Of a stretch of DNA of 64,000 nucleotides, positions 41,401-53,200 are shown in pieces (position 1 is the stretch's first letter; each line of letters begins with the position of its first letter). This stretch comes from Azolla caroliniana (lineage: Eukaryota; Plantae; Polypodiophyta), in NCBI GenBank assembly GCA_043228905.1, contig JBHGNT010000008.1, positions 2,232,001 to 2,296,000 of the forward strand, written 5' to 3'. Position numbers and translations under genes: made by a program. Under the pieces are notes generated by a model. The model was not told the origin of the DNA and made no database searches. It worked only from the letters and a program-made list of their open reading frames with translations.

Positions 41401-42279
41401 ATTAACCATTAACTGTGAAGTTACTAGAGATTAATGTTCAAAAGTTGAACCAGGAATGCTTAACTATGGCGTCATAATTAATCAAAACTCCGAAGATGCT
41501 TACGATATTATTATTATTCGATTCAATTATTATGCTAGGTGAAAGATAATATTAGTTTATTCGATTCAATTATTATGCTAGGTGAAAGATAATATATTAT
41601 TATGCTTACTAATATACTAATAATTATATAACAAACTTCGACAAATCAGAAATCCCCTGAATCTATACCACACAAATCAAAGCTAAACAAAACAAAACAA
41701 AACATCGTAGATAAATCGAATTGCCTAATACATACTCTAGATCAAGCTACTGTACAAGATTTGAAACTTCTGTACATACTAGATCAAACTATGGTACAAT
41801 TTTTACTTGATGAAATTGCAGCTGTTTACTTACCATGATTAGATAAAAAACCAAATCCTCAAAAAATATACAAAATTAATGAAACTAACATACAATTCAT
41901 GAAACAAACCATACTTAGACCCAACAAGTGTATATATCTAATCATATGTAAGAGATTAAAATAAATAAATCAGACTAGATCATAAGAAGAGTACATTTAG
42001 ATTTACATTACATTAATTACAGGTTTTTACTTGAATGATAATTGCAGCTGTTTACATACGTACCATGATTTCGGCAATCACACGGGGTTGTCGCAAGGGC
42101 CGGAGGATGAAAGCCAATCCACGAGTCACGATTAAGACCAGGCAAATCTGGAGAATCAGCAGGGGCAGAGCAAATTGTATGGGATTGTCTCCTTGCCACG
42201 CACCATTGGAGACTGCTACCATCGGCTTCGCACATTTTATTACTGTGATCGTGGTTCCATTCAGTACATTCATAGCCAT
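38445..42279 (-). CDS. CHX: Cation/H+ exchanger (CPA2 family, CHX17/18/19-like), 3 exons, 906 aa
   Basis: Exons 42279-42064, 41087-40080, 39941-38445; GT-AG introns; 2721 nt. Motifs GDNPIQFALPLLILQ, QPRVIAEIMGGILLGPSALG, SITAFPVLARIL, AAAINDV, MNTKGLVELIVLNIG, APCSVGILVDRG, FFGGPDDREA. Confidence 0.96.
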
Positions 42280-42356
42280 GAATCATGCGGAGCAGTAAAA
42301 CGGAGCAGGCAGGAAACGTTCGCTATATATAGAGAGGAAATCACGGGGGAGCTATA

Positions 42357-42395
42357 AACGCAAAAACGCAAAAACGCAAAAACGCAAAACGCAAA
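42357..42395. repeat. Five copies of an AAACGCAA-type 7-8 bp unit just upstream of the CHX start
   Basis: Directly visible, close to TATA-like sequence at 42324-42331. Confidence 0.85.
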
Positions 42396-44259
42396 TGTGG
42401 TGCCCTACCAAAAAAAGATAGCCTTAGGCCTTTTTCGCATTGGCCCTACACAATGGCCGGCGGACATTGGGCATCTATAACAAGGTGCTCGCTACCTTTT
42501 GGAAGGGTCTCTGGCATCTCCACGCGCCTGAGAAAGATCAATATATTTTGGTGGCAGATCAGGCATAATAATGTGGTCCTCGTTGGCGAATGGCTAGGTA
42601 AACGAGGAGGCCCCTGATAGCTCGCCCACTCTGTTTTGCACCTATCGAGACTCTGAGACACTGTTTCTAGGATTGCCCTCAAGCTGAAAGGGTCTAGGAC
42701 AAGGTAACTCGCCTCCGAGCTGCCTACGAGGTGAAAGGGAGATCATCGTGGAGCGCAACGACCTAAATCATTCCCTCGGTTGATAGTTAGACGTACGCCT
42801 TCAACGTAGGTAGCTAGTGTTATGAATACACAAGAGGATAACTCATCAAGACCCGTTTTGTGAGAGGCTTGAAGACCGCATCCCCTCATTTCCGGGAGAT
42901 TGGATGTTGATCGTAAGCTTTACCCTTTAGTATGTGTGGAAAGCACGTTGTCATGGACACACCAACCACGAACTATGAGGGAGCATGGACATTTATGAGT
43001 GAAGAGGCTACGAACTTGACAAGACTAGGAACTTTGGAACTAACAAGACTAGGAACTTTGGAATCTGGGAACAACATGAGAGCATGAAGACAAAGATGAA
43101 GAAGGTCATGATGATGGATGAATAAGGCTACAAACGTGGAACTAGAAGTGCCGAGGTTAGGAACTCTAGATGTTGTGAGTGATGAGATGATGAACTTAGG
43201 AAGCAAGGATTAATTAGAGAGCATGAGGATAGAGATGAAGAAGGAGACAAGATGGAATGGAACAAGAAGACTAGATTGATGTGTCAATGACTGACATTGA
43301 ATCCCTTCACAAGGATCAATGAGGTTACAAGTATTTATATTGTGAGCTGAAGTACATGCATTGAAATATTTTGAAGAATATTCTGGAACCTTTTAAAACC
43401 TTCTAGATCTCTCCAAAATTTTCTAGACATCTAGAGAGTAGATCAAGTATATCTCATACAATGAGTATATCAAAATGGTTGAGCATGATGTATTGTTGAT
43501 GTGAGGTTGCAAGTTCAATCCTCACCAACTATGTATTTTATGTCATTGTATCGTGACACACCTTGCCTAAAGGTCCTCCAAGATCTGGTAGAACCCCCGG
43601 AGGAAATGATAATGGATATTTGGTTCGCGATTATCACTTACCTACAAGGGTAATTGGACAATGTTTGCAACAACTCCAATGACGTGGTCATTGCCCGGTT
43701 ACGTTTTTGGTAGGAATGGAGGAACACATTGATGGTGACGCAAGGAGGAAACAGCCAGAGGTGGAACTACCTGCCCCCATGCTGTTTGTTTCCTACTTAC
43801 CTCTACCCTCCCTCCGTTGAAGGTCAAAGGATCGGGTTCGTGCTGGCCAACAATGAACTAGTTTATAGCTCTAGATACCGACTTACATTAAGTAGAAGTA
43901 AGAGAGGATATGTAGGTAGTTTCATATTTTGAACTTGGCCGAGGGTGATTCCTCGACTTATATACTTGTATAGTCTTTCTATAAAAATCTCTCCTAATTG
44001 ATGGGAAAGTAGCTCATTTTTTGGAATATATATATAACCATAGTTTGTGAAATTCGCATAGGTCCAATTTAGTAGACATATGCAGGTGTTTTTTTTTTCC
44101 AAAAACATATTCTTTATTAGTAGAAATTCTACATACATGACAAAATGATTAGCTTGCCAACCTAATAAAGGTTGTAGCCGTGATATACCAATAAAAACTA
44201 CAACGAATCAGAGGATAAAACTACAAAGAACGGTGAACACATACATGAATCTTCTTTCC

Positions 44260-45300
44260 ATCTTATGTGATCATTGGCTTAAACACTGAACTGTAATGAG
44301 AACATTGCAGGCGATTATCTTTCAAATTGGAAGCATATCAAATAGTACATGCACTTTCTCTAAGGCTCCACACTTAGCATATAGATCAAGCAATGCCAAC
44401 AACTTGGTTTGTCTTCAGCCTGCCCATCTCTTGCAGATCCTGTAATGAGAACATTGCAGGAGACTATCTTTCGAATTGGAAGAATTTCAAACAATTCATG
44501 TACTTTCTCCAAGACTCCACACTTAGCATATAGATCAACCAATGCATTGCCAACAACCTAGTTTCTCTTCAGCTTGCCCATCTCCTCAATCTTTACATGC
44601 ATTTCTATGCCCGTTTCTATTGCTCCAATGCTAACAACAACTTTTATAGTACCTGGTTTCTCTTCAACCTGCCCATACCTACAAATGTGAATGAATTAGA
44701 AGAGATTCTCTTCTTTTGCATTAAGGGCCTCCTTGACATTCTCATAATGCACATAACCTGTGAACAATGTCTTCCATGTCACTGTATCACATATGGCAAG
44801 TTTTTCAAACATAGTATTTGCTTTTGTTAGCATGCCACATTTCGAATCATCTCTACTAGTGCATTTCCAACAAGTTGTCTTTTTCTGAAAAGCCCTTTAA
44901 TCTCAACATATGTGACTTCGTCTCCAAAAATTTGTTGAAGTAGCATCTTCTTGACTTGATCAACGCGTCCTCACCTTGCTCCTCTTTATGCTTTTTCAAG
45001 TGAGCCAACATGTCAACTATTCATCTGGGATGATCCCTTGACATTGCATATGCTCTAAACCTTCCAACTTTCATGAAGACCAGTCATGCTATTAATGCCT
45101 TCCATGACACCACATCACAAACTGAGATCTTATCGTATACATCTCTGACTTGATCTATCATACCACCTTTTGAATACATATCCATTAAATAAAAAGCATT
45201 ACTTTCCATTGCCCTATTCCCATAAATATGTGCATGTATTTGTTGTCCATTTTCCACAACTTTCAGTTTAGCACAAGCTTTTGGAAGCACAGAAACAACA
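44260..45300 (-). pseudogene. PLS-class pentatricopeptide repeat gene remnant
   Basis: Fragments LPKACAKLKVVENGQQIHAHI..LMDMYSKGGMIDQVRDVYDKISVCDVVSWKALIA and LVDLYAKCGVLEKVHELFEILPIRKIVSCNVLITG, broken by stops and frameshifts. Confidence 0.85.
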
Positions 45301-45464
45301 TAATCTCAAGGTGTTGCGTATGTACAAACCAAACTTTCCCTGCTGCCCTAACAATTGTTTCCTTCAACATGTATGGGCTTGCATTGCGTTGAAGTTCTGA
45401 ATCGTAGACTTCTGGATATATTAATTCAGAATATACTTCGCCGAATACAACAAACCCCTGCAAA

Positions 45465-46285
45465 AGAAAATGCTTCTACTTTCCTCGTCCCCTCATGAAA
45501 GTCTGCCTCAACCCCCAACAACGTCATCACTCATCCTTATCAAAACAAAGAAAATATGCTTCCTTTTCCCCAACCAACATGTCACTGATTACCACCAATG
45601 TCCACATCAACCATCTCGCCGTATCATAGCAAATCCTGTACATACCAAACCAAAACATAATGACACTACTCTCTTAATCCCCTCATGAAATTACGCTTCT
45701 TCCTCCGATATCATCGTCTCTCATCCTTTACCAAAATAGACAATTTTCTTCGTTTTCCACATCAACAATCTGTTCGTTTGCCACTGAAGTCCTATACAAA
45801 CAAAAAATAGAGTGAATGTGCTATCCTCATCCCCTCATAAGAACACTGCTTTAGCCCCCAACACCACCATGATTCACTCATCCTTAAAAAATAGACAATT
45901 TGCTCCAATGACCACATCAACCATCTTGATTTATACCACCGAGAACCTGTTCCAAAAAACAGAATGAAATTACTCTCCTAATCCCCTCATGAAATTATGC
46001 TTCATCCCCCTACACCATAGTTAGTCATCCTATACAGAAATAGAATGTGCTTCATTTTCCACATCAACCATTTGTTTGTTCACCACATAAATCTTGTACA
46101 AACAAAATTAGAGTGAATGTGTTGTCCTCATCCCCTCATAAAAATTTGCTTCAACCCCGACAACACCATCACTCATCCTTACCAAATAAAAATGCTTCCA
46201 TGACCACATCACCATCTCACTGTATACCACTAAAGTCCTGTATCTACAAAAAACTTAATGAAACTACTATCCTAATGAAAAATTA
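45465..46285. repeat. Degenerate ~150-bp tandem repeat, about 5 units with alternating A/B variants
   Basis: TCCCCTCAT(G/A)AAA..CACTCATCCTTA..CCACATCAACCAT recurs at about 45488, 45678, 45830, 45982 and 46131. Confidence 0.8.
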
Positions 46286-46304
46286 ATGTGGACTTCCTAT
46301 TAAG

Positions 46305-47340
46305 TCATGTTGTGTTCAGTATGAATGGCGTTGATGGCAGAAACAACCAACGAGGTGGAACATAGTTCCACTTAACATCCTCACCTGCATCCAAGATAAT
46401 AGGAATAGCTGACCAGACTCTTCTAATTCTCCTTCTTTTCCGGTTAGCTACATTTCCAAAACCTTTATAACGATCATATTCACCTTTAACTGTATTTACC
46501 AATAATTCCCAAAAAGACTTAACTTGATCCACAACATTAGTTTGTTCATCATTATATATTTTAGAACACATCACTTTCCAAATAATCCATATGGCCAAAG
46601 AGGAGATAATGTTCCAAACATAACACCTGGAAAAGAACTTGACTCCCTCCAAGGAACTTGATGTAACGTACACATGAAAACTTTTCACATGTAAAGTCAA
46701 CGATGATGATAAAAAACTGTTTGTTGAGCCAACGTTCCCCAAAAAATCGTACCCCACGTGAATATAGTCGCCCTATACTTACGACCTAAAAGCCTAAGAA
46801 TACGAGACCAAAAACATTTGGTCGTAACACATTCCCAAAAAGCATGATGCAATGTCTCAGATGCAAAACCACGTCCACACCTACCACATGATCGATCAAG
46901 TATTGTTCCCCTCAATAAAGCTCCTACTGGCAATGCATAATGAATCATTAACCATCGAAAATGCAATACCTTGCTCATACATTTAAGTGACCAAAACTGT
47001 TTCCAGGACTTCAACATATACGAAGATGACACATTACCTTCCTCCCAATAAAAATTTCCCCGTAAAGATATCGACTCTATCTCATTTAACAAAAAATTTC
47101 TACCCAATGCCACAAAATATGTGAAAAATGGAAGAACTTTCGTTTGCATAGTGTCATAATCCAATGGATCCCATTGCAAATCAGCAATTGGCCTAGAGTG
47201 TAAAACCCACATATGAGATAAGTACTTAGCAATTAATGGACATAGATACAGAGATATGGATGGTTGTGGTTGGCTTTCAATGTTCTCCGGATGAGGAGGA
47301 GCTATGGCCTGGATAACAAAGAAGAGGCTTTGAAGAACAT
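46305..47340 (-). mobile_element. 5'-truncated L1-type LINE fragment (ORF2 C-terminus, zf-RVT region)
   Basis: KSWKQFWSLKCMSKVLHFRWLMIHYALPVG..CGRCG..ETLHHAFWEC..KCFW, then after a frameshift IWIIWK; typical of the plant LINE zf-RVT/CCHC tail. Confidence 0.8.
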
Positions 47341-47766
47341 AGTGAATGGAAAACTAGAGTACGGGGGATTGGGTAAATAGAAAAAATAGATCAAAACAAG
47401 GTACCAGAACGAGAAACAGAGCAGTAAAACGAAGCAAACAAATAGATCTCCCATCGGTGTCTAACGACCCATAACAAGGGTAGGTCCATGAGAGCCATGT
47501 TGGACATCTTTTGTTTGGTGGGGTTCCCATGTGGCTTGAACCAAAGGCCCAAGGATGATTAACTTTATTCAATGAATATTGAAATTGCCAAATTGACAAG
47601 GGTTAGAAAATCCCAAAATTTCAAATGTAAAGACACATATTTATAGATGATATCACCCTTATGACAAAAGAAATAATAAATATAAACATATATATAAATA
47701 TAGACGAATGTATTTCAATCATACTTGGAGCCATTCCATGTATAAGTATGATAAGAATATTCACGT

Positions 47767-48489
47767 TGTCGTGAGGATTTTTGGCCATGGTGGGAAAACC
47801 CGAGCGGAACGATTAAACGAGATGCGTAACGTAGCACATATACTTATTAAATTCGTAACCTAGGAGTAAATAAGCAAATGTAAAGTGTAAGGTGTTTTAC
47901 GAAAATTTGTTGAGTGTAAATATGATGATGTGGACTTGTGTGCACATGGGCACGTAGGAAAGGGGAGTACGTGGGGTTACAAATATGATGGGCAATGACA
48001 TTGAAAGTATGAGGGGAGAGAGTTAAAGGCCCACCGTTAAGATCATGGGAGATATTCCCCATTAAAGGAAAGGGGATTTGACTCCTCTTTATGTAATGTG
48101 CCTCACCCCTTACTACTATAAAAGGGAGTGCGGGGTCACTTTTGGGGTTTTCTTTGGGGAGTTGCCATTTTGTTGTTTCGGGGTTGACCATTAGGGCTTC
48201 GGGTTTTAGGGTTTTACTATTCTTCTTCTTCTATCTAATTAGGGTTTCTTATAGTGGGTTGGTTCGGCCTACGCAACCATGGTTGTAATCGTTTTGTGGA
48301 TTCTTAATATAGCTTCTTGATGTAACTTGTCTCTATTTTTCTCGTTCCTTGTTAATCTCCTATTCTTTCTCATTTCCTCTTGAGCTTGAAGGTCGTAAGG
48401 GTTTAGCTCCCATTTCTCCTCTACTCCCTAGTCCAAGACCCTCGCGGTCCCGCCTAAGATCCGACACGTACTCACGGATTTCCGCGACA
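47767..48489 (+). mobile_element. Probable solo LTR (723 bp)
   Basis: Termini TGTCGTG...CGCGACA are inverted. Flanked by the 4-bp direct repeat ACGT (47763-47766 and 48490-48493). Internal TATAAAA near 48117, followed by a T/C-rich U5-like region. Confidence 0.65.
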
Positions 48490-48885
48490 ACGTATGAGTA
48501 TGACACAAATGGGAAGTATGGCTTGAACTATGTATAATACACACACATTCATTAAATCATACTCATACCCATACACATATACACTATTTCATATATTTAT
48601 GCACATTCTCACAATCATATACATAATGAATTTTGTGTATGAATGCAAATCTTGTGTATAAATATTTTTGTATGGATGTGTGTGTTTATGAATGACTATC
48701 AACCATCCCCACATTCCTAATTTATCCGCGTATTATTTAATGAAGGTGTTGGGACATACATACAAAGGAGGACAATATAGCTGCAAACATGGCATTCGAC
48801 CTACATATGCTCAAGTATGATCACCTTTGTAAATGCGTCAACCAATTACAACTAAGTGTACATCATTTTCCATGCCTGATACCAA

Positions 48886-49190
48886 GAACACATGTAGGTG
48901 CGATCACAGTTATTGTGTAGCACCCTGTCATTGTTGAACATGACATCTTGCTCGGCCTTGAATTGCACTGGTTTGCAAATTCTAGAAATAGGTGATTTGT
49001 TTATTGCATTATTCCCTTAACCTTGCCCATTTGTAGGATCTTGTTTGCAAATTCTAGGATCGTAACACTTGTAGGTGCGAAGGATCCTGACACTTTTGAA
49101 CGTGACATCTTGCACAACCATGAATGACACTGATTTCTAAAATCTAGGTAGGTACATTGTTTATTGCGTTATTTGCTTAACCTTGTCCCT
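48886..49190. repeat. Diverged tandem duplication, period ~178 bp
   Basis: AACAC.TGTAGGTGCGA..TTGAAC.TGACATCTTGC..GTTTATTGC.TTATT..TTAACCTTG present twice. Confidence 0.75.
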
Positions 49191-50176
49191 TAATATTAAT
49201 TGCAAACAATATTTACATTTTTATAAATGCAATAGGGCTTGAGTTAATGAATCCATTAGGCCGACTTAAGAGAAAAAGGGTGGTGAAAGGTTTCTATTTC
49301 CCTACTTATAGTCATATTTTAGATAACTAGAAATTCTTTATTCTTTTGTTTTCTTTGGATAGGACATATTAGAGGTGTCCTAGAAGTAGTGATGAACAAG
49401 TTTTTGGGACAACCTCAAACCTACAAATTAGTGGTTCAACTTTTGCATGATAATATGTTTGTTCTCTCATAATCGAAGGTATTCTTGGTGTGATTGGTCT
49501 AGGAGGTGTGGTTGTGTTTAAAAAGAGGTTAGGTGACCTTTGAAGTCATACCTCTTAGCTTGAATGGAAACCATTAGAAGTAAGTGTACATGCTATAAAA
49601 CATGAAACTTTACAATGACAGATATTTACCAATTAGAAATATGGAACTAGGGCATAAAAAATATATTTTTGCCAAGAGGCCAACCCTCGAGTTGAGTGGG
49701 GAGGACTCGGGAGTTCCAAGTGGGGGTTGAGGCATCCATGGTTCATGCACGATAGAATAGATCTTCAATGATATCGGCCAGGGGACGGAACGAGAAAGTG
49801 GTTTGGCAGGCCATTTGGTATTAGTGGGGTAAAAATCTTGATCTTGCAGGACTAGGACTTGGGCTGCTTGAACACTGTGTACAAGGACACGTTGAAGCCC
49901 GAGGTACTCTAGGGAGGGGTTGTGCTAGAGCCTAGAACTAATAGTTGGTTTTTTCGGCCCGTATAATTGAACGTGGCCTTGTTAGACACGATGGGAAAAA
50001 AGTGCAGCATTCGGAGCGGTGTGTGTTAGTACCCACGGCCACAACAACGATGAAGACTTGTTGAAGAGGGGTATTTGGGGAAATAATGGAAACCTCGGTA
50101 GAGAGGGGCATTTGGGGAATTAATGAAAACTCGTTAAATCCCACAAACGAGAAGAAGCTTTACAGAACTGCAGTCT

Positions 50177-50236
<60 letters not shown>

Positions 50237-50239
50237 GAT

Positions 50240-53200
50240 ATGGCGAGCTCGAGGTTATTTCGATTCAACTCATCTTCACGCCTTCTGGCTGCTGTCCGAT
50301 CTTCTTCTTCTTCTTCTTCGCCTTTCTCTGAGCTGAGATCTCACGCCATTCCTCCTCTATTAAACGGAAGCTCACATTGCAACTTCTCTGCTACAAGAGG
50401 CTTCAGAAGTGCTCGCCATGACGATTATAACAGAAGGTTTCTATCTGTTCCCCCCCCCCTATCACCTTCATTTGTCTATGTTTAGCTCATTTGATCTGAA
50501 AATTCTATACGTTTGATGATTTGCCATCTGTAAACCAAATTATGTAGAAAAAATCTTTCCAGATGTATTTAAGCTAGAAACATAGACAATTTTGTTTGCA
50601 CTTTCATGGAACATCCAAGTTTGTGTGCACAGTTATGCAGCCAAATGTTTTGACAACTTATGATGAAGTGACACATTTTGCAAGAGTACGTAGGCAAAAT
50701 ACCTGGAAGATTATGTAATCATAATATTTTCGATTTCCTTTTTGCAAAAATTGCAATTGAACATGTATGAAGGATGCTGAAACTTGTAGATGTAAACACA
50801 CTCACTTTGAGATGAATGAGTTACACAAAACGACCTTGTTTATAGCTAAAACTCATGTACGTCCTGACCATTGCAAGATACGGAAACTTGTAGACATTCT
50901 ATGTTATGAAATGCATTACATAAGATGCAATATGTCATCAGTTGATTTTCCAAGCACATATTATGTAGTCAAAATCTTTGTCTCTTCAGAATTCAACTAC
51001 TTTTTGACAACGATCCAAGCAAAACATGAAAGATGATGAAACACACCATTACACATCCAACACATGATATGTATGACATTTGTTGAAACTTGTAGATGCC
51101 CAAACAACCTTTGAGATGAAATGCATTATATGGTATTGTTGGCATCTGTCAACATGATGCGCATTCATGATGTAGCCAAATTCTTTCATTTTGCAGACCT
51201 AGTCTTCATTTTGAAAACAGCTGTGCTTAAAAACATGTGAAATGAAGAGCATCAGGAAGGAGCAATTGATCAGTTGTATAACATTGGTTTTGGAGTTTGC
51301 ATCTTCTGTGGAAATCATGTTGAATATTGCCCTATTAGCTGTTCGTTGATGATTGAGGAGTATGATCTTTCAAGTTACTATAGTCATCTATTGAACTATG
51401 AACAAACAGCTTTGGGCGGTTACCTCTCTCTATTTAGCAGGAATTTAAGCTAATCCCTGTGTTGAAGATTTAAAGAGGAGTGAAACTACTTGATACACCA
51501 TAGAAGTTTATCTTGTGATTCATCGAACTAATTTTATACTGGGTTGGCCTCCCCTGGATAGATAGGTGGGCCAAAAGAAGGATGCCTAAGGGAGACACTG
51601 TTTGCCAGTTTCAAATGTTGCATAAGCGAGAGCAAGTTGGTTATTCTGTGATTTAATATTTCGGTCAGTAAAATGTGGAGTTTGTGCATGTAGAAACTAT
51701 CGATCCATCAATAATGAGGAGTCTTCCAATTTTTGTAAGCATTGGGGGGTTAAATTCACCAAATATTGGGTTCAAAGATGCTGAATGGGATATATCAAAT
51801 TAGCATGCCTGGTAACTGACACATGGTTCCCATAATGAGCCCTTGTTACATAATGAATCTACTTACTAAGCTTCTTAAGAAATCAGAAAGGCCAATGTAT
51901 TGCAATGTGTGACTCAATTGTATATTTTGATCACCACAGAATAAACTGAATCTGTCCTCTAGTATGCTGATGGGATACCTCCCCTTTTTAGATATATCTC
52001 ACAATCGAGGAATATATTGCAACTCAGGACAAAAAGTAGTACTTTTTACTGAGGGTTCTCTTCAAGTGATTAGTCGGAATCAATTATTCCATCAATTTGG
52101 CTTGTGAAGACAAGTCTTATTTGAAAATCTCGATTTTATAAAGTTGAAACCTTGAATAAAAATCAGTGCTTTACACGCATGGAGGTCATGTAATATAGTC
52201 TAATTTGGTAGCATGACATCTGGGGTGGTGGAGGTCACAGGTTTGAATCCTGTTACTCTGATTCAGGAGAAAGAAGGCAAAAGGATACAAAGTAGTGTCA
52301 ATTATATTTGTTGAAGTAATATATAAGTGTGATATCTCTTATGTACAGAGAAGATGAGAACCTTTGGCTATGTCCAAGCTATGAATGTTTGGATTTTGCA
52401 TTTGAACCCCCTCTATTCCATGTTTCTAGTATTTCACTTCAAAATATCTGGTAGTAATTGAGTGCGAGGCCTGGCAATGTTTATTACTTAAACTTAGATA
52501 GGTTTAATTTAGGTCCAAGATACACAGTGGATATCCATATTGAAAACATTCCTTATAATCACACTGTGATGTTGGACAATGAAGTTTCGGCGGGTGTAAA
52601 TGCGTGCGATTTTTAATCATGGTATTATATACCAGAGTGATAATTTAAATCAATTATTTATAAGATGTGTTTTTCCTGGCTAGAGGAAATTCTTATTTCA
52701 GGAAACACTGTTCCTATAGGAATGGCGGTTGAAGAGATGCTTGTTTATCTGAAGTTGGAAGAAAAGGAGGTTCATTTGACTAGAAGTGATTATAAAAATA
52801 TCACGAAATAGGATATCTGGTTATTGGAGGAATATTGAAACTTCATTCATAATTTAGCTTTTCATAAAAAAAATCTAGGAAAGGTTCGATTGAATAAAAG
52901 CAAATAATAGTTGACAAAATACATTAACTAATAGATGACTTCATCTATCCAATCAACAAACTGGACCCATGGATTGTAATGATTCATTAGATATGAATAG
53001 AATAAATGAATTCACAGTTTACAGTTTTTTTCATACTTCAGGGGAAGTCACAATAGAGAAATTATTATATTAATTCAGAAGCAATGATTGGGGCAGTGGC
53101 TCATTTTGGTCATCAGACCCAGGATTAGAAACCCAGGATGTCATCCTACCTATTTACAGAGCAGAAGGGTGTTGATATCCTCAATCTGACTGAGACCACG

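Noticed and set aside
42700-43450. LTR-like remnant with short internal repeats
   Set aside because: No termini, PBS/PPT or TSD found, so it was not called.
43470-43535. tRNA/SINE-like A-box and B-box (also GGTTCCAATCC at 34321)
   Set aside because: No cloverleaf, tail or TSD could be established.
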